From Vulcanimicrobiota bacterium (lineage in GTDB: Bacteria; Vulcanimicrobiota; Vulcanimicrobiia; Vulcanimicrobiales; Vulcanimicrobiaceae), in NCBI GenBank assembly GCA_963714015.1, contig OY970223.1, forward strand, positions 1,120,001-1,184,000: a stretch of 64,000 bases of DNA, read 5' to 3'. Position 1 is the first letter of the stretch; each line of letters starts with the position of its first letter. Below, one piece after another: positions 1-9,609 of the stretch. The translations under genes were made by a program, and so were the position numbers. The notes beneath the pieces are model-generated. The model was not told the origin of the DNA and searched no databases. It worked only from the letters and a program-made list of their open reading frames with translations.

Positions 1-588
1 CTGACCGGCTTTGCCAAGATTACCGACTACGAGGATCTGCTGGTGGCACCCGTCAACCTGCGCCGCGAGCTGACCGCACTCATCGAGCGTGAAACCGAAA
101 ACGCGCGCGCGGGGCGGCCCAGCGGCATCCGGGCGAAACTCAATGCGGTTACGGACGGCGAGATCGTGCGCGCTCTTTACCGGGCCTCTCAAGCGGGCGT
201 GCCCATCGATTTGCACGTCCGGGGTATGTGCGTTCTTCGTCCAGGCATTCCGGGCGTCAGCGAACACGTGCGCGTGCGCAGCATCGTCGGACGCTTTCTG
301 GAACATTCGCGCATTTACGTTTTCGAGAACGGCGGCGATCGTGAAATCTACATCGGATCGGCCGACTGGATGGGACGCAACTTGGACCGCCGCGTGGAAA
401 CGGTCGTTCCCGTTCTGGATCCGCTGCTCGCCGAAACGATCTACGGACACATCCTGGCGGTGCTCTTCGCCGACAACGTCAAAACGCGCGAGCTGCAAAC
501 TGACGGCAGTTACCGTCGTCTTCGCCCGTCGGGAGAGATGCCCATCAACGCGCAGCAGGTCTTCCTTACTCAAGCGTCCGCGCTATGA
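1..588 (+). CDS. ppk1: polyphosphate kinase 1, C-terminal part (5' truncated by window)
   Basis: LYRASQAGV, VRGMCVLRPG, SIVGRFLEHSR, SADWMGRNLDRRVE motifs; frame open from base 1. Confidence 0.95.
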   Translation: MTGFAKITDYEDLLVAPVNLRRELTALIERETENARAGRPSGIRAKLNAVTDGEIVRALYRASQAGVPIDLHVRGMCVLRPGIPGVSEHVRVRSIVGRFLEHSRIYVFENGGDREIYIGSADWMGRNLDRRVETVVPVLDPLLAETIYGHILAVLFADNVKTRELQTDGSYRRLRPSGEMPINAQQVFLTQASAL

Positions 589-1050
589 GTTCAGGGGTTT
601 CTTAGACAGCTCCAGCACGATCTTCCACTCGTGCGGCATAACGGGCTGAACCGATAGTCGCTGCCCTTTCTTGAGCAGTTCCATTCCGACCAGCCTCGGT
701 TCGGCACGCATTCGCGCGATCGTAACCGGGTTTTTCAGCGGTTCGACGTACTCGACGTCCACCATCCGCCACATCGGCTTTGAGGGAGTGCTGCGCGGGT
801 CGTAGTAATCGCCGCCTTTCTTCCAGGCGGTGAAGTCGGGATAGGCCTCCTTGACGACGCGGCAGATCCCCACGGCGGCCGGTTCGTCGATGCTGGAATG
901 ATAGAAGAACCCCAAGTCGCCGATCCGCATTTCCATCATGTTGTTGCGCGCCTGGTAATTGCGCACGCCGCTCCACGGCGTAATCCGATCCTTCGAGAGT
1001 TGCTCGAAGCCATAGGCGTGCGGCTCGCTTTTGAACAACCAGTAGCGCAT
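583..1050 (-). CDS. EVE domain protein
   Basis: YWLFKSEP...WSGVRNYQARN...FFYHS...RLSVQPV. Confidence 0.92.
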   Translation of the reverse strand: MRYWLFKSEPHAYGFEQLSKDRITPWSGVRNYQARNNMMEMRIGDLGFFYHSSIDEPAAVGICRVVKEAYPDFTAWKKGGDYYDPRSTPSKPMWRMVDVEYVEPLKNPVTIARMRAEPRLVGMELLKKGQRLSVQPVMPHEWKIVLELSKKPLNS

Positions 1051-2377
1051 GCGAGTGTTTTTCGCCGTGCTGCTGCTGCTTTGCTTGCTGCCCGGAGCGG
1101 CACGCGCGGATCAGCGCTGGCTGGTTGTGAGCGATATCCATCTCAATCCTTACGACGCCTCGCCGCAGCCCGCACCCTATCACACCGATTCCAACTGGGC
1201 CCTCGTGCGGTCCGCTCTCGAGCGAATGCACACCGTCGATCCGGATCCGGGCGTGGTCTTCATCGCGGGCGATTTTCTGGCGCACCGGTGGGCCGACAAG
1301 GTTCATGCGGCGGGATTCGCGTCGTCGGAGGATCAGGCGCTGGCGACCATGCGCCGCATCGCAGCAGCGTTCGGAGAGCGCTTTCCCAAAGCGCAATTCG
1401 TCGTCACGGTCGGAAACAACGACGATCCTTGCGGCGACTATCGCACCGCACCGGGAACGGCGTACATGCAGAAACTGGCGCGGATTTGGGGACCGCTGGT
1501 CGATCGGCACGGCGCCGCGCCGGATTTCGTTCGTGATTTCTCACGGACCGGCGCATATGCGGCGCGCTTGCCGATTCCGGGCCTGAAGGCAGTGGAGATC
1601 GACGACATCTATTGGTCGTTCGTCTATCGGCCGTGCGGCGCCGCGCAGAACCCCGATCCCGGCCGAGTTCAGCAACAGTGGCTCGAACGGCAGACGGCAA
1701 CGCGCGGGAGCCGCAGTATTCTGCTGATGCACATTCCACCCGGCGCCGATCCGGTGAGCACGATGCTGACGCACCGATTCTTAATAGTGCCGTTTACCGC
1801 CGACAGATGGAGCAGCGCATACGAGCGGTTTGCTCGTTCCAATAAACGCCGCATCGCTTTTGCGCTCGCGGGCCACGTGCATCGCGACGAGTTCCGCATT
1901 CTGGGCGGCGTGCCGATGCTGGTCGCTCCCTCGATCTCGCCAATCTACGACAACAACCCCGCGTTCCTTACGATCGACGTCGCGCCGGACGGCACGTTGC
2001 ACGACTACCGGAATTACGCGTACCAGGACTACTCCGGCACTTGGGTGCCCCCGGTCGACTTCGACGCGCTTGAAGGAACGCGCCGGTTTACCGCACCGCA
2101 GCTCGAGGATTTGCGCCGGCGGTTGCAGCGCAACGAGCGGCTGCGCGATGGTTGGGCGACGCTCCAGATGAGCGGCATGCCGGATCGCACCACCGAGCTC
2201 GCATGGCGAATGTTCTGGTGCGCGCAGACGGACTTTGGTGCAGCCTACGCGGCGTGCGCCGGATCGCAGCGCCGCGTCGCCGCGGTGCCGGTAATCGCCG
2301 GTTTGCTCGGCGCGGCCGTGCTGGGCGGCATCGCGCTGATCGCCCTGCGACTCGCGCGGCAGCGTCGCGCCCGCTGA
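1049..2377 (+). CDS. secreted, membrane-anchored calcineurin-like metallophosphoesterase (acid sphingomyelinase-like)
   Basis: signal peptide; SDIH, GD, GNND, MHIPP, GHVH motifs; SISPIYDNNPAF; C-terminal TM helix. Confidence 0.85.
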   Translation: MRVFFAVLLLLCLLPGAARADQRWLVVSDIHLNPYDASPQPAPYHTDSNWALVRSALERMHTVDPDPGVVFIAGDFLAHRWADKVHAAGFASSEDQALATMRRIAAAFGERFPKAQFVVTVGNNDDPCGDYRTAPGTAYMQKLARIWGPLVDRHGAAPDFVRDFSRTGAYAARLPIPGLKAVEIDDIYWSFVYRPCGAAQNPDPGRVQQQWLERQTATRGSRSILLMHIPPGADPVSTMLTHRFLIVPFTADRWSSAYERFARSNKRRIAFALAGHVHRDEFRILGGVPMLVAPSISPIYDNNPAFLTIDVAPDGTLHDYRNYAYQDYSGTWVPPVDFDALEGTRRFTAPQLEDLRRRLQRNERLRDGWATLQMSGMPDRTTELAWRMFWCAQTDFGAAYAACAGSQRRVAAVPVIAGLLGAAVLGGIALIALRLARQRRAR

Positions 2378-2397
2378 TATGTTATGCTCGTGGCGGC

Positions 2398-2886
2398 ATG
2401 AAGACGCAGACGCAGCGCCGAGTGATTCGCGCGACGGGTAACGGCTGGGAGGGCGTCCCGGTTGAAGGTTATCGTCCCGGCGCGGCGGTGGGGGTAGAAC
2501 GTCACACGATCGTCGGATCGCGCAAGAGTGATGAAGGGCAAGCCGGACCGTCGAAAGAGCTGCGCTATTTCGAGCTGCAGCCCGGCGCGGTTTCGCGATT
2601 GGAGAAGCACGAGCACGAGCACTTCGTTATCGTCAAGCGTGGCGTGGGCTATGCCGTCGTCGGAGAAACGCTCACCGAGATTGGACCCGACGACGTCATC
2701 TACGTCGCGCCGCTCGAACTCCACCAATTCGTCAACCGCGCCGATGAGCCGTTCGGGTTTTACTGCTTCGTCGACGCGCACCGGGACTATTCGCAAGAAC
2801 CCTCGCAAGAAGAACTCGATCGTTTGATGAGCTCGCCCGCCGGCGCGGTCGCCAGACCCTTCGCCGTGCCGCCCCCGACGCGTTAA
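2398..2886 (+). CDS. cupin domain protein
   Basis: LEKHEHEH...LHQFVN cupin motifs; start taken at MKTQTQ. Confidence 0.85.
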   Translation: MKTQTQRRVIRATGNGWEGVPVEGYRPGAAVGVERHTIVGSRKSDEGQAGPSKELRYFELQPGAVSRLEKHEHEHFVIVKRGVGYAVVGETLTEIGPDDVIYVAPLELHQFVNRADEPFGFYCFVDAHRDYSQEPSQEELDRLMSSPAGAVARPFAVPPPTR

Positions 2887-2916
2887 TTCGAAAATTTGCC
2901 GATGGTGATTCCACCG

Positions 2917-3765
2917 TCAGATGGCCGGCGTCACCATTGGGCGGGACGGATCGCTGCACCATTCGCTCCAGGAGCCGGGGTAGATGCGGCTGCCTTGCAT
3001 ACCCGCAATCTCCATCGCCAGCAAATTGACGGCCGCGCTCACCCCCGAACCGCATTGATGCACTAATCGATCAGGCGGGACGTCGAGCGCTGCGAAGTCG
3101 TTGCGAAGGTCGGCCGGCGCTTTCATCTGTCCGAACGGCCCCGTGTAATTCAAACGAAACGGGCGATTGAGCGCGCCGGGAATGTGGCCGCCGACCGGAT
3201 CGACGGTTTCATTGCGGCCCATGAACCGATCGGCTCCACGTGCGTCGACGATGGTAAACTCGTTCCCGTCCAGCGAACGCAGGACGTCGTCCGCGTTCAC
3301 GGCCAACTCGCCGCGCACGCGCGCTTGAATGGTGCCGTTACCGGGCCGCGGCGGCGCTGCGGCACTGACGGGTTTTTGCATTCCCGCCCACGCCGCAAAA
3401 CCTCCATCCAAAACAGCGACGGCATCATGACCGATGTAGCGGCACAAGAACCACATTCGCGCGGCGCTCATGTCGGCGCCCGCGTCGTAGGCGACGATCT
3501 GCGTCTGCGAATTTACCCCGAGCTCGCGCAAAAAGCCGGCGAACGTTGCGGGATCCGGCATGGGATGCCGGCCGTTTTTTCCGGTTTTGGGGCCGGCCAG
3601 TTCCGTTTCCATGTCGGCGAAGAACGCGCCGGGAACATGCACCGCATCGTACATGCGGCGTCCGGCGCCGAAGTCTTGGAGCAAATACCGGCAGTCGACA
3701 ATCACCCACTGCGGGTCGTTCAGATGCGCCGCGAGCTCCTCGACGGAGACGATCGTCGTATACAC
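2917..3765 (-). CDS. sulfurtransferase (rhodanese/SseA family)
   Basis: HVPGA, GRHPMP, GGHIPGA, CGSGVSA, YPGSWSEW. Confidence 0.93.
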   Translation of the reverse strand: MYTTIVSVEELAAHLNDPQWVIVDCRYLLQDFGAGRRMYDAVHVPGAFFADMETELAGPKTGKNGRHPMPDPATFAGFLRELGVNSQTQIVAYDAGADMSAARMWFLCRYIGHDAVAVLDGGFAAWAGMQKPVSAAAPPRPGNGTIQARVRGELAVNADDVLRSLDGNEFTIVDARGADRFMGRNETVDPVGGHIPGALNRPFRLNYTGPFGQMKAPADLRNDFAALDVPPDRLVHQCGSGVSAAVNLLAMEIAGMQGSRIYPGSWSEWCSDPSRPMVTPAI

Positions 3766-3768
3766 GTG

Positions 3769-4125
3769 CTAGTGAAGGTTGATCGTCGTCTTCGGCTGGC
3801 CGGCAAAGCCGAACGTTTCGTGCAGGATCTTCTGCAGTTCGCCTTTCTGTGCCATCGGTCCCAGAATATCGGTGTCGCCGTAGAACTTCCCGTTGATGAA
3901 GACTTTAGGCAGCGTCGGCCAGTCGGTCATCTCCGCGAGCACTTCGCGTTTTGGCACGTTTTCGAGCACGTCGATTACTTCGAACGGATAGCCGAATCCG
4001 TCGAAAAATTGGATCGTTTCGAGCGTGAATCCGCAGCGCGGCATCGTCTTTGTGCCTTTGCCGTAGACGAGGATCTTGTTGGCGGCGATCTCGCGATCGA
4101 TCTCTTGATGAATCTGTTCGGTCAT
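3769..4125 (-). CDS. grxD: monothiol glutaredoxin (Grx4/GrxD family)
   Basis: KGT..PRCGFT, WPTLPKVFINGKFYG. Confidence 0.88.
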   Translation of the reverse strand: MTEQIHQEIDREIAANKILVYGKGTKTMPRCGFTLETIQFFDGFGYPFEVIDVLENVPKREVLAEMTDWPTLPKVFINGKFYGDTDILGPMAQKGELQKILHETFGFAGQPKTTINLH

Positions 4126-4373
4126 AGTCTCTCACTCTGGGCTTCGGGAAGCATCGTTTTGAGTTCGACCGCGTGAACGCGGCCATCTTTGAGCGCGCCT
4201 TTGAGCGCGCCGTATACGAGCTGGTGCTGTTCGATCAGCGTCTTGCCGGAAAACTCGCCGGACTGGACGGTGATGTTGAAGTGATCCATCGTGCCCGTGC
4301 GGTCGACGATGTGCACGCGTGCGTCGGGAATGTGCGCGCGAATCAGCGCGGTGAGGGAAGCGTCGTCAATCAT
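4122..4373 (-). CDS. BolA/IbaG family protein
   Basis: DHFNITVQS..FSGK..QHQLVY..VHAVELKT; overlaps grx start. Confidence 0.9.
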   Translation of the reverse strand: MIDDASLTALIRAHIPDARVHIVDRTGTMDHFNITVQSGEFSGKTLIEQHQLVYGALKGALKDGRVHAVELKTMLPEAQSERL

Positions 4374-4384
4374 TACTTCAAATC

Positions 4385-4627
4385 TTAGGGGTGCAATTGC
4401 TGGGGCGGTTCCGGACGGAACGTCTGTGCCAACGCTCGCGCCTCGCGCAAGGTTTCAGGCAAGCGCTCCGAGTGCTCGGTGATCGCCCGCGCCAGCCCGC
4501 CCGCCACGACAACGCCGGTAACGGCTATCAGAACGGCAGGGACGCCTTGCGCCCGGATGGGTCCCACCTCGAGCGAGAAACTCTTCGTCACGCGAGCGAG
4601 CCCTTTGAAGAACTTGTTGAAATTCAC
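4385..4627 (-). CDS. small hypothetical membrane protein (~80 aa)
   Basis: GTG start 6 nt after TACAAT (4634-4639); hydrophobic segment GVPAVLIAVTGVVVAGGLA; co-oriented with bolA. Confidence 0.6.
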   Translation of the reverse strand: MNFNKFFKGLARVTKSFSLEVGPIRAQGVPAVLIAVTGVVVAGGLARAITEHSERLPETLREARALAQTFRPEPPQQLHP

Positions 4628-4720
4628 CCCACTATTGTACGCCGCGGCCGCCTTAGCGCCCGCTCCATTCATCGCAGGGGACCGCGCGGAGGCGACGAGT
4701 CGAGCGAGAACCACGAGACG

Positions 4721-5689
4721 ATGAAGGCAGTACGGCTTGAACAAATCGCGGGTCCTGAGAGTCTCGTCCTGCGGGACATCCCGCAGCCGCAACCGGGACC
4801 GGGCGAGACCTTGGTGCGGGTGCGAGCCGCTGCCCTGAACCATCGTGACGTCTTTATTACAAGGGGTCTTTATCCGCGAATCGAGCTGCCGCAGACGATC
4901 GGGGCGGACGGCGCCGGCGAGGTGGACGGGCAGCCGGTCCTGGTGGATCCCACGATCGGCTGGGGCGACGAAGAGCGTGTTTGGCGGCCCGACGCGAGCA
5001 TTCTCGGCGTGCCGCGTCCCGGCACGTTCGCGGAGTTTATCGCGGTGCCCGAGACCAACGTGCATCCCAAACCGGATCATCTGAATTTTCAGGAAGCGGC
5101 CGCGCTGCCGCTTGCCGGACTTACGGCGTACCGCGCGGCCTTCACGCGCGGTGAACTCGAGCAAGGCGAAACGATACTGATTACCGGGGTCGGCGGCGGC
5201 GTGCAAACCTTCGTTCTGCTGTTTGCAAAAGCTGCCGGCGCCCGAGCAATAGTCACGTCGGGAAGCGACGAGAAACTGCGCCGGGCGCGCGAGTTGGGCG
5301 CGGACGTGGCGATCAACTACCGTACCGACCCCGATTGGAACAAGACGGCGCAGAAAGCCGGTCCCATCGACATTGCCGTCGATTCCGCAGGCGGCGAGTC
5401 GTTTGCGAAAGCGCTGTTTGCCGTGCGGCCGGGCGGGCGCGTGGTGATCTACGGCGGCACCACGGGCGAAGCGAAGATCAAAATGTTTCCAATCTTTTGG
5501 AATCAACTCGACGTTCGCGGAACGTCGATGGGCTCGCCGGCAGACTTCCGGGCAATGCTCGATTTCGTATCGGCGCATCGCATCAAACCGGTCGTCGATC
5601 GCGTTTACGAACTGGAAGAGGCGGCCGCAGCAGTAAAGCGGCTGGACGAGGCGGAGCAATTCGGAAAGATCGTTCTTAACGTCGCATGA
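4721..5689 (+). CDS. MDR-family NAD(P)-dependent oxidoreductase (quinone oxidoreductase-like)
   Basis: MKAVRL..AAALNHRD..GADGAG..TGVGGGV..QFGKIVL. Confidence 0.92.
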   Translation: MKAVRLEQIAGPESLVLRDIPQPQPGPGETLVRVRAAALNHRDVFITRGLYPRIELPQTIGADGAGEVDGQPVLVDPTIGWGDEERVWRPDASILGVPRPGTFAEFIAVPETNVHPKPDHLNFQEAAALPLAGLTAYRAAFTRGELEQGETILITGVGGGVQTFVLLFAKAAGARAIVTSGSDEKLRRARELGADVAINYRTDPDWNKTAQKAGPIDIAVDSAGGESFAKALFAVRPGGRVVIYGGTTGEAKIKMFPIFWNQLDVRGTSMGSPADFRAMLDFVSAHRIKPVVDRVYELEEAAAAVKRLDEAEQFGKIVLNVA

Positions 5690-5698
5690 ACGCCGGCG

Positions 5699-6625
5699 CT
5701 ATTCGATCAATTCGTAGATGCGCGCCTCGTCAAGATGCAGCATGGCGCCGAGTTCTTCCTCGACGATCGGCGCATGCTCCGGACCAACGATGCTTGCCCA
5801 AGCCGGGTTGAGCAGCGCCCGGTCTTCGTTACTCATCTCCGAAGCGCCCGATCGCGAACGCACGACCCTCTCTTCCTCGAGCGCGATGAGATATGCCAAT
5901 AACTGCCGGGCCGCGGCCGGCCAAAGAATCGGGTTCGTCTCGCGATAGACGGTTCGCACCAGCTCGGGTATCGTCTGCGGACCGCTCCGCAACACGCGAA
6001 GAATCTCTTGCTGCCGGGCGCCGCGATGGGCCAGATAGTCGCGCAGCTTTGCGGCTGGATCGCGTACCGGATCGCCATGTCCGCCGTAGATCGTTCGCGC
6101 GTCGCCGAAGTCGTCAAGCAAACGCTGAAGCGTTCGTTGGTACGGCCGCATTGCACCGCCCGGCGGCGCGATGACGACGTAGCCTTCGCCAAGCACGACG
6201 TCACCGGTAAACAGCGCGCCTTCTACCGGTTCGTAGAACACCAAATGATCGAAGGTATGTCCCGGTGCGTCCACGACGTTCAGCCGCCGGTCGCCGAGCT
6301 CGATGAGGTCGCCGTCGGAAAGGTTCACGGTGTGCTGAACCGCACTGTTGCGATGGGCGGCAACCATAGCGCCGGTGCGCTGAGCCAGAACGGCAGCCGC
6401 GGGCGCGTGGTCGGGATGGCCGTGCGTGAGCGCGATGGCCGCAATTGCGCAGCCGGATTGCGCGGCGCAATCGATCAGCGCGTCGATGTGCCGTTCAACC
6501 AGCGGTCCGGGATCGATACAGAGCGCCCGTTTGTCTGCGCAGTCGATGATATAGCTGTTCGTTCCGCTAAGCGTCATCGCCGAAGGATTGGGCGCGCGAA
6601 CCAGCGCGATGCGCGAGGTTACCAC
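5699..6625 (-). CDS. MBL-fold metallo-hydrolase (LACTB2-like)
   Basis: APNPSAMTLSGTNSY, THGHPDH, PGHTFDH, FTGD, GGHG; GTG overlaps NUDIX stop. Confidence 0.9.
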   Translation of the reverse strand: MVTSRIALVRAPNPSAMTLSGTNSYIIDCADKRALCIDPGPLVERHIDALIDCAAQSGCAIAAIALTHGHPDHAPAAAVLAQRTGAMVAAHRNSAVQHTVNLSDGDLIELGDRRLNVVDAPGHTFDHLVFYEPVEGALFTGDVVLGEGYVVIAPPGGAMRPYQRTLQRLLDDFGDARTIYGGHGDPVRDPAAKLRDYLAHRGARQQEILRVLRSGPQTIPELVRTVYRETNPILWPAAARQLLAYLIALEEERVVRSRSGASEMSNEDRALLNPAWASIVGPEHAPIVEEELGAMLHLDEARIYELIE

Positions 6626-7434
6626 GCGTACTCGAGTTCGGCGGGCAATACGAACTGATGCTCGCCCGGCGTCTGGGGCATGACGCTGACGATCGGTTTG
6701 GTGCGCGTGAACTCCAGCAGTTCGGAAGGGCTGCCGAAGCGCGCCAAACGTTCCACATGCTTGATTGTCGGATACACCATCCTCAAATCGCCGTCCGCGA
6801 GGCGCTTCAGCGCGGTTTGCGGTGCAATCCAGATACCGTCGTGCGTCTCTATCAAATCGGCGCTGGCGGCTTGATCCGCCGAAGCAAACGCCACGAAGAA
6901 GTGCGCGTTGTAGCGCCGCGGATAAACCGGCGGCGTGATCCACTGCGAGAATAGCGAGAGCGCGGACGCATCGGCATAAACGCCGGCCTCCTCGAGCAGC
7001 TCGTCGAAGCGCTGTTCGCCGCTATGAACCCTCCGCCGGGCCGCATGCAGCAACGGTTCCAGCGGCGCGAGATCCCCGACCGAAAGCGCGTTGCCTGCGG
7101 CGTTGCAGGCGAGCAGGACGCCCGCCTCCTCGAACAATTCGCGCACGCCGGCGATCAGCAGACCCGCGCACTCCCGCGTTGTAGGCTCGTCGACCGGGAC
7201 CGGAAGTGCGGGCGTGCGCTTCGCACGGAACTCGCGTCTCAACGCGCGTAGATCGATGCCGCGCGTCCGATCGAATGCCTGCTGGGACAGGTCGGCCGCA
7301 TCGACGGTACCGCCGGGGAAAACGTAGACGTCCGGCACGAAATGGCTGGCCTCGCTGCGCCGGAGCATGAAGACTTCGAACGGTGCGTGCTCCGCCCGGC
7401 GGACAAGCATCACCGTGGCTGCTAAACGGACCAA
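6619..7434 (-). CDS. NUDIX hydrolase (NUDT19-like); start approximate
   Basis: AATVMLVR..YVFPGG..VRELFEEAGV..WITP..RRYNAHFF. Confidence 0.88.
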   Translation of the reverse strand: MVRLAATVMLVRRAEHAPFEVFMLRRSEASHFVPDVYVFPGGTVDAADLSQQAFDRTRGIDLRALRREFRAKRTPALPVPVDEPTTRECAGLLIAGVRELFEEAGVLLACNAAGNALSVGDLAPLEPLLHAARRRVHSGEQRFDELLEEAGVYADASALSLFSQWITPPVYPRRYNAHFFVAFASADQAASADLIETHDGIWIAPQTALKRLADGDLRMVYPTIKHVERLARFGSPSELLEFTRTKPIVSVMPQTPGEHQFVLPAELEYAW

Positions 7435-7470
7435 TGGAACCTCGGCGGAGTAGGGTACCGTTGAACCTGT

Positions 7471-7890
7471 ATGAGTACCCGATTTGTAGCAGCCTGCTCC
7501 GCCGTCCTGTTCGTCGCGCTGGCCGGAAGCTTCGCCGGAGCGCAGCAGACACCGGCGCCTACACCGCCTCCGCCTTCGGCGCCGAATCCGGTTCCCAGCG
7601 TTCCCGCGGGCATCGAACAAGATGCGATCAACGCTCTAGGCAATATCGTCAAGGGCGCATTCGGGTGGAACGACAACGAGTCTATCGGCACGATCACGTA
7701 CTATCGCGGCTACGAGATGCAACTGCGCATGCAACTGAGTCGCTACCGCGAGATCCATTTGCATAAGGGGACCGTCATCAATCCGCGCGGATGGACGCTT
7801 GCCACCGGACAGCTCGTCGACGTGCGGGGAAGGCCGCAGTCGGACGGCTCGCTCGATGCCGACATGATCGTCGTTCAAAATCCGCATTGA
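7471..7890 (+). CDS. secreted hypothetical protein (possible OB-fold)
   Basis: signal peptide, Pro-rich linker, LHKGTVINPRG..VDVRG..GSLDAD. Confidence 0.7.
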   Translation: MSTRFVAACSAVLFVALAGSFAGAQQTPAPTPPPPSAPNPVPSVPAGIEQDAINALGNIVKGAFGWNDNESIGTITYYRGYEMQLRMQLSRYREIHLHKGTVINPRGWTLATGQLVDVRGRPQSDGSLDADMIVVQNPH

Positions 7891-7903
7891 TGCGAAAAAC
7901 GTA

Positions 7904-8332
7904 ATGCGGATTGCGGTCGGCAGCGATGAAGCGACCGAATTTACTCGCGCCGTTATGGACGATTTGACCGATCGCGGACACGAGATCGTACCATTCGGTG
8001 CGCTGCGCGAGCCGGAGGACGATTCCTGGCCGAACGTGGGGCGCGGCGTGGGTGAAGCAGTTGCGCGCGGCGACTGCGACTTCGGGATCGTCTGTTGTTG
8101 GACCGGAACCGGTGTCAGCATTGCCGCTAACAAAGTTCCGGGCGTTCGCGCGGCGCTTTGCGGCGACGCTCAGACCGCTGCAGGCGCCCGAACGTGGAAC
8201 GACGCCAACGTGCTGGCAATGAGTTTGCGTGCCACCTCCCCGGGCGTCGCTAAGGAAATGCTGGATGCATGGTTTGCGGCTGCTCCGACCAGCGATCCGA
8301 AGTACGCGCGCATGATTTCCGAAATTCGGTAA
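7904..8332 (+). CDS. RpiB/LacA/LacB sugar-phosphate isomerase
   Basis: MRIAVGSD..CWTGTGVSIAANKVPGVRAA..NDANVL. Confidence 0.92.
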   Translation: MRIAVGSDEATEFTRAVMDDLTDRGHEIVPFGALREPEDDSWPNVGRGVGEAVARGDCDFGIVCCWTGTGVSIAANKVPGVRAALCGDAQTAAGARTWNDANVLAMSLRATSPGVAKEMLDAWFAAAPTSDPKYARMISEIR

Positions 8333-8419
8333 AGGCGGTAAATCCGAACCGCAGGCTGCCCCGTTGGTAGAGCATCACCGTTCTAGTACTGCGGAGCGTT
8401 GCTCCGGAAAGGAACTCAG

Positions 8420-9034
8420 ATGTTCTCCATTCGGAAGGCTGCGTCTATCGCCGCCCTTCTCGTTGTTGCGCTGCCGATTGCCGCACCGGCGCACGCAATG
8501 AGCGCCCCTTCGGACCTAAACACCCAGGCGCCCTCGCGTTTTTCGGGGCCGGGGGTCTACACGGGAAAACCGGCGCTTCCGGTAACGCTTTCAATGGTCG
8601 AGGCCGGCGGCGGTCCGGCCGACTTCAGCACCGTGACGCTGCTCAAGGATCTCACCGGGCCGCTGTACGGCGCGGAAGTGAAAAAACTTACCGCGCAGTA
8701 CGGTCAAGACAAAGTCGGAAACTTCCTCAAAGTTTTTGACTTCGTCGTGGCCGATTCGCTGAAGATCGTCACCGAAAAACACGTGGCGCTTCCGAAAACG
8801 CCGTCGCCGGATCCATCCAACGGGAAAGCGCTCGCCGCCGCACTGTGGTCGGCAGGGCAGATTCCGGGCGGCTTCAACGTCGAAGTGATGCTCGACCGCG
8901 CCGTCTCACATCCGATTCACGTTCAAGTGATGAAGGACATCGACGCAAAGTACGGCATCGCCGCCGACGCCGATTACCACGCGATTCTGACGTCCGCGAT
9001 GCACGATTTGGCCTCGGCTTACCACCTGAGCTGA
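8420..9034 (+). CDS. secreted hypothetical protein
   Basis: signal peptide ending AHA; clean ORF followed by terminator. Confidence 0.75.
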   Translation: MFSIRKAASIAALLVVALPIAAPAHAMSAPSDLNTQAPSRFSGPGVYTGKPALPVTLSMVEAGGGPADFSTVTLLKDLTGPLYGAEVKKLTAQYGQDKVGNFLKVFDFVVADSLKIVTEKHVALPKTPSPDPSNGKALAAALWSAGQIPGGFNVEVMLDRAVSHPIHVQVMKDIDAKYGIAADADYHAILTSAMHDLASAYHLS

Positions 9035-9050
9035 AGGCTGAACGAACGCC

Positions 9051-9077
9051 AAAAGGCCACGCAATGCGTGGCCTTTT
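9051..9077. terminator. bidirectional intrinsic terminator
   Basis: AAAAGGCCACGCA-A-TGCGTGGCCTTTT inverted repeat with A/T tails, between convergent units. Confidence 0.85.
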
Positions 9078-9148
9078 GCTTTATCGAGCACCGGAAGGCA
9101 GACTCAACTCCCCGCTCCGGTTCCGTCTCGCGAAGTGACCTCGCGAGC
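9051..9148 (-). ncRNA. candidate ~98-nt small RNA
   Basis: TATGAT -10 at 9155-9160 (minus), hairpins at 9127-9147 and 9090-9121, then the terminator. Confidence 0.45.
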
Positions 9149-9201
9149 CAAGCCATCATACCCCGAACCTTGCGTCCTGGAACAGGTCCAAAAGGCGGGT
9201 T

Positions 9202-9588
9202 CTACCGGACTAGCCGCAGTATGGCCAGAACCAGCAGCGCAGCGTTCGCGCCGTGTGAGATGAAGCAATACAAGCAGGGGCGTTTCGTCACGAACAGCAG
9301 ACTATACGCCAAAAATGCCGAGGTCGCGGCAGCCAGCAAGGCGGCACACGCGGCGGCGAACTTTGCGGACGGCAGCGCGCTCCATGAAACCGCCGCCATC
9401 GCTGCATAGTAAACGAGACCGATGAGTGCATTGGGCAGCCCCCCAACCAGTCTGGCGCGCGGTGTCTGGACGACGCTGGGCTCGCTCAAGCGGCCTTTCG
9501 CGTCAAGGACGGACTTGCGCAGCATAAAGACGGAAGCATAAAACCCAACGGCGCATAAGACCGTGATGAGCAACTGGACCAGGAGCAT
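9202..9588 (-). CDS. vitamin K epoxide reductase (VKOR) family protein
   Basis: 4 TM helices, GLPNALIG, CLYC motif. Confidence 0.85.
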   Translation of the reverse strand: MLLVQLLITVLCAVGFYASVFMLRKSVLDAKGRLSEPSVVQTPRARLVGGLPNALIGLVYYAAMAAVSWSALPSAKFAAACAALLAAATSAFLAYSLLFVTKRPCLYCFISHGANAALLVLAILRLVR

Positions 9589-9609
9589 GCCGTCCTCCTC
9601 CACGAGCCT

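Noticed and set aside
5699..7434. NUDIX + MBL coupling as a novel system
   Set aside because: This pairing or fusion is common in bacteria
9090..9148. tRNA-Sec (TCA in a loop) or SRP RNA (CCGGAAGG)
   Set aside because: No cloverleaf, T-loop or CCA; SRP CAGG/AGCAG internal loop absent
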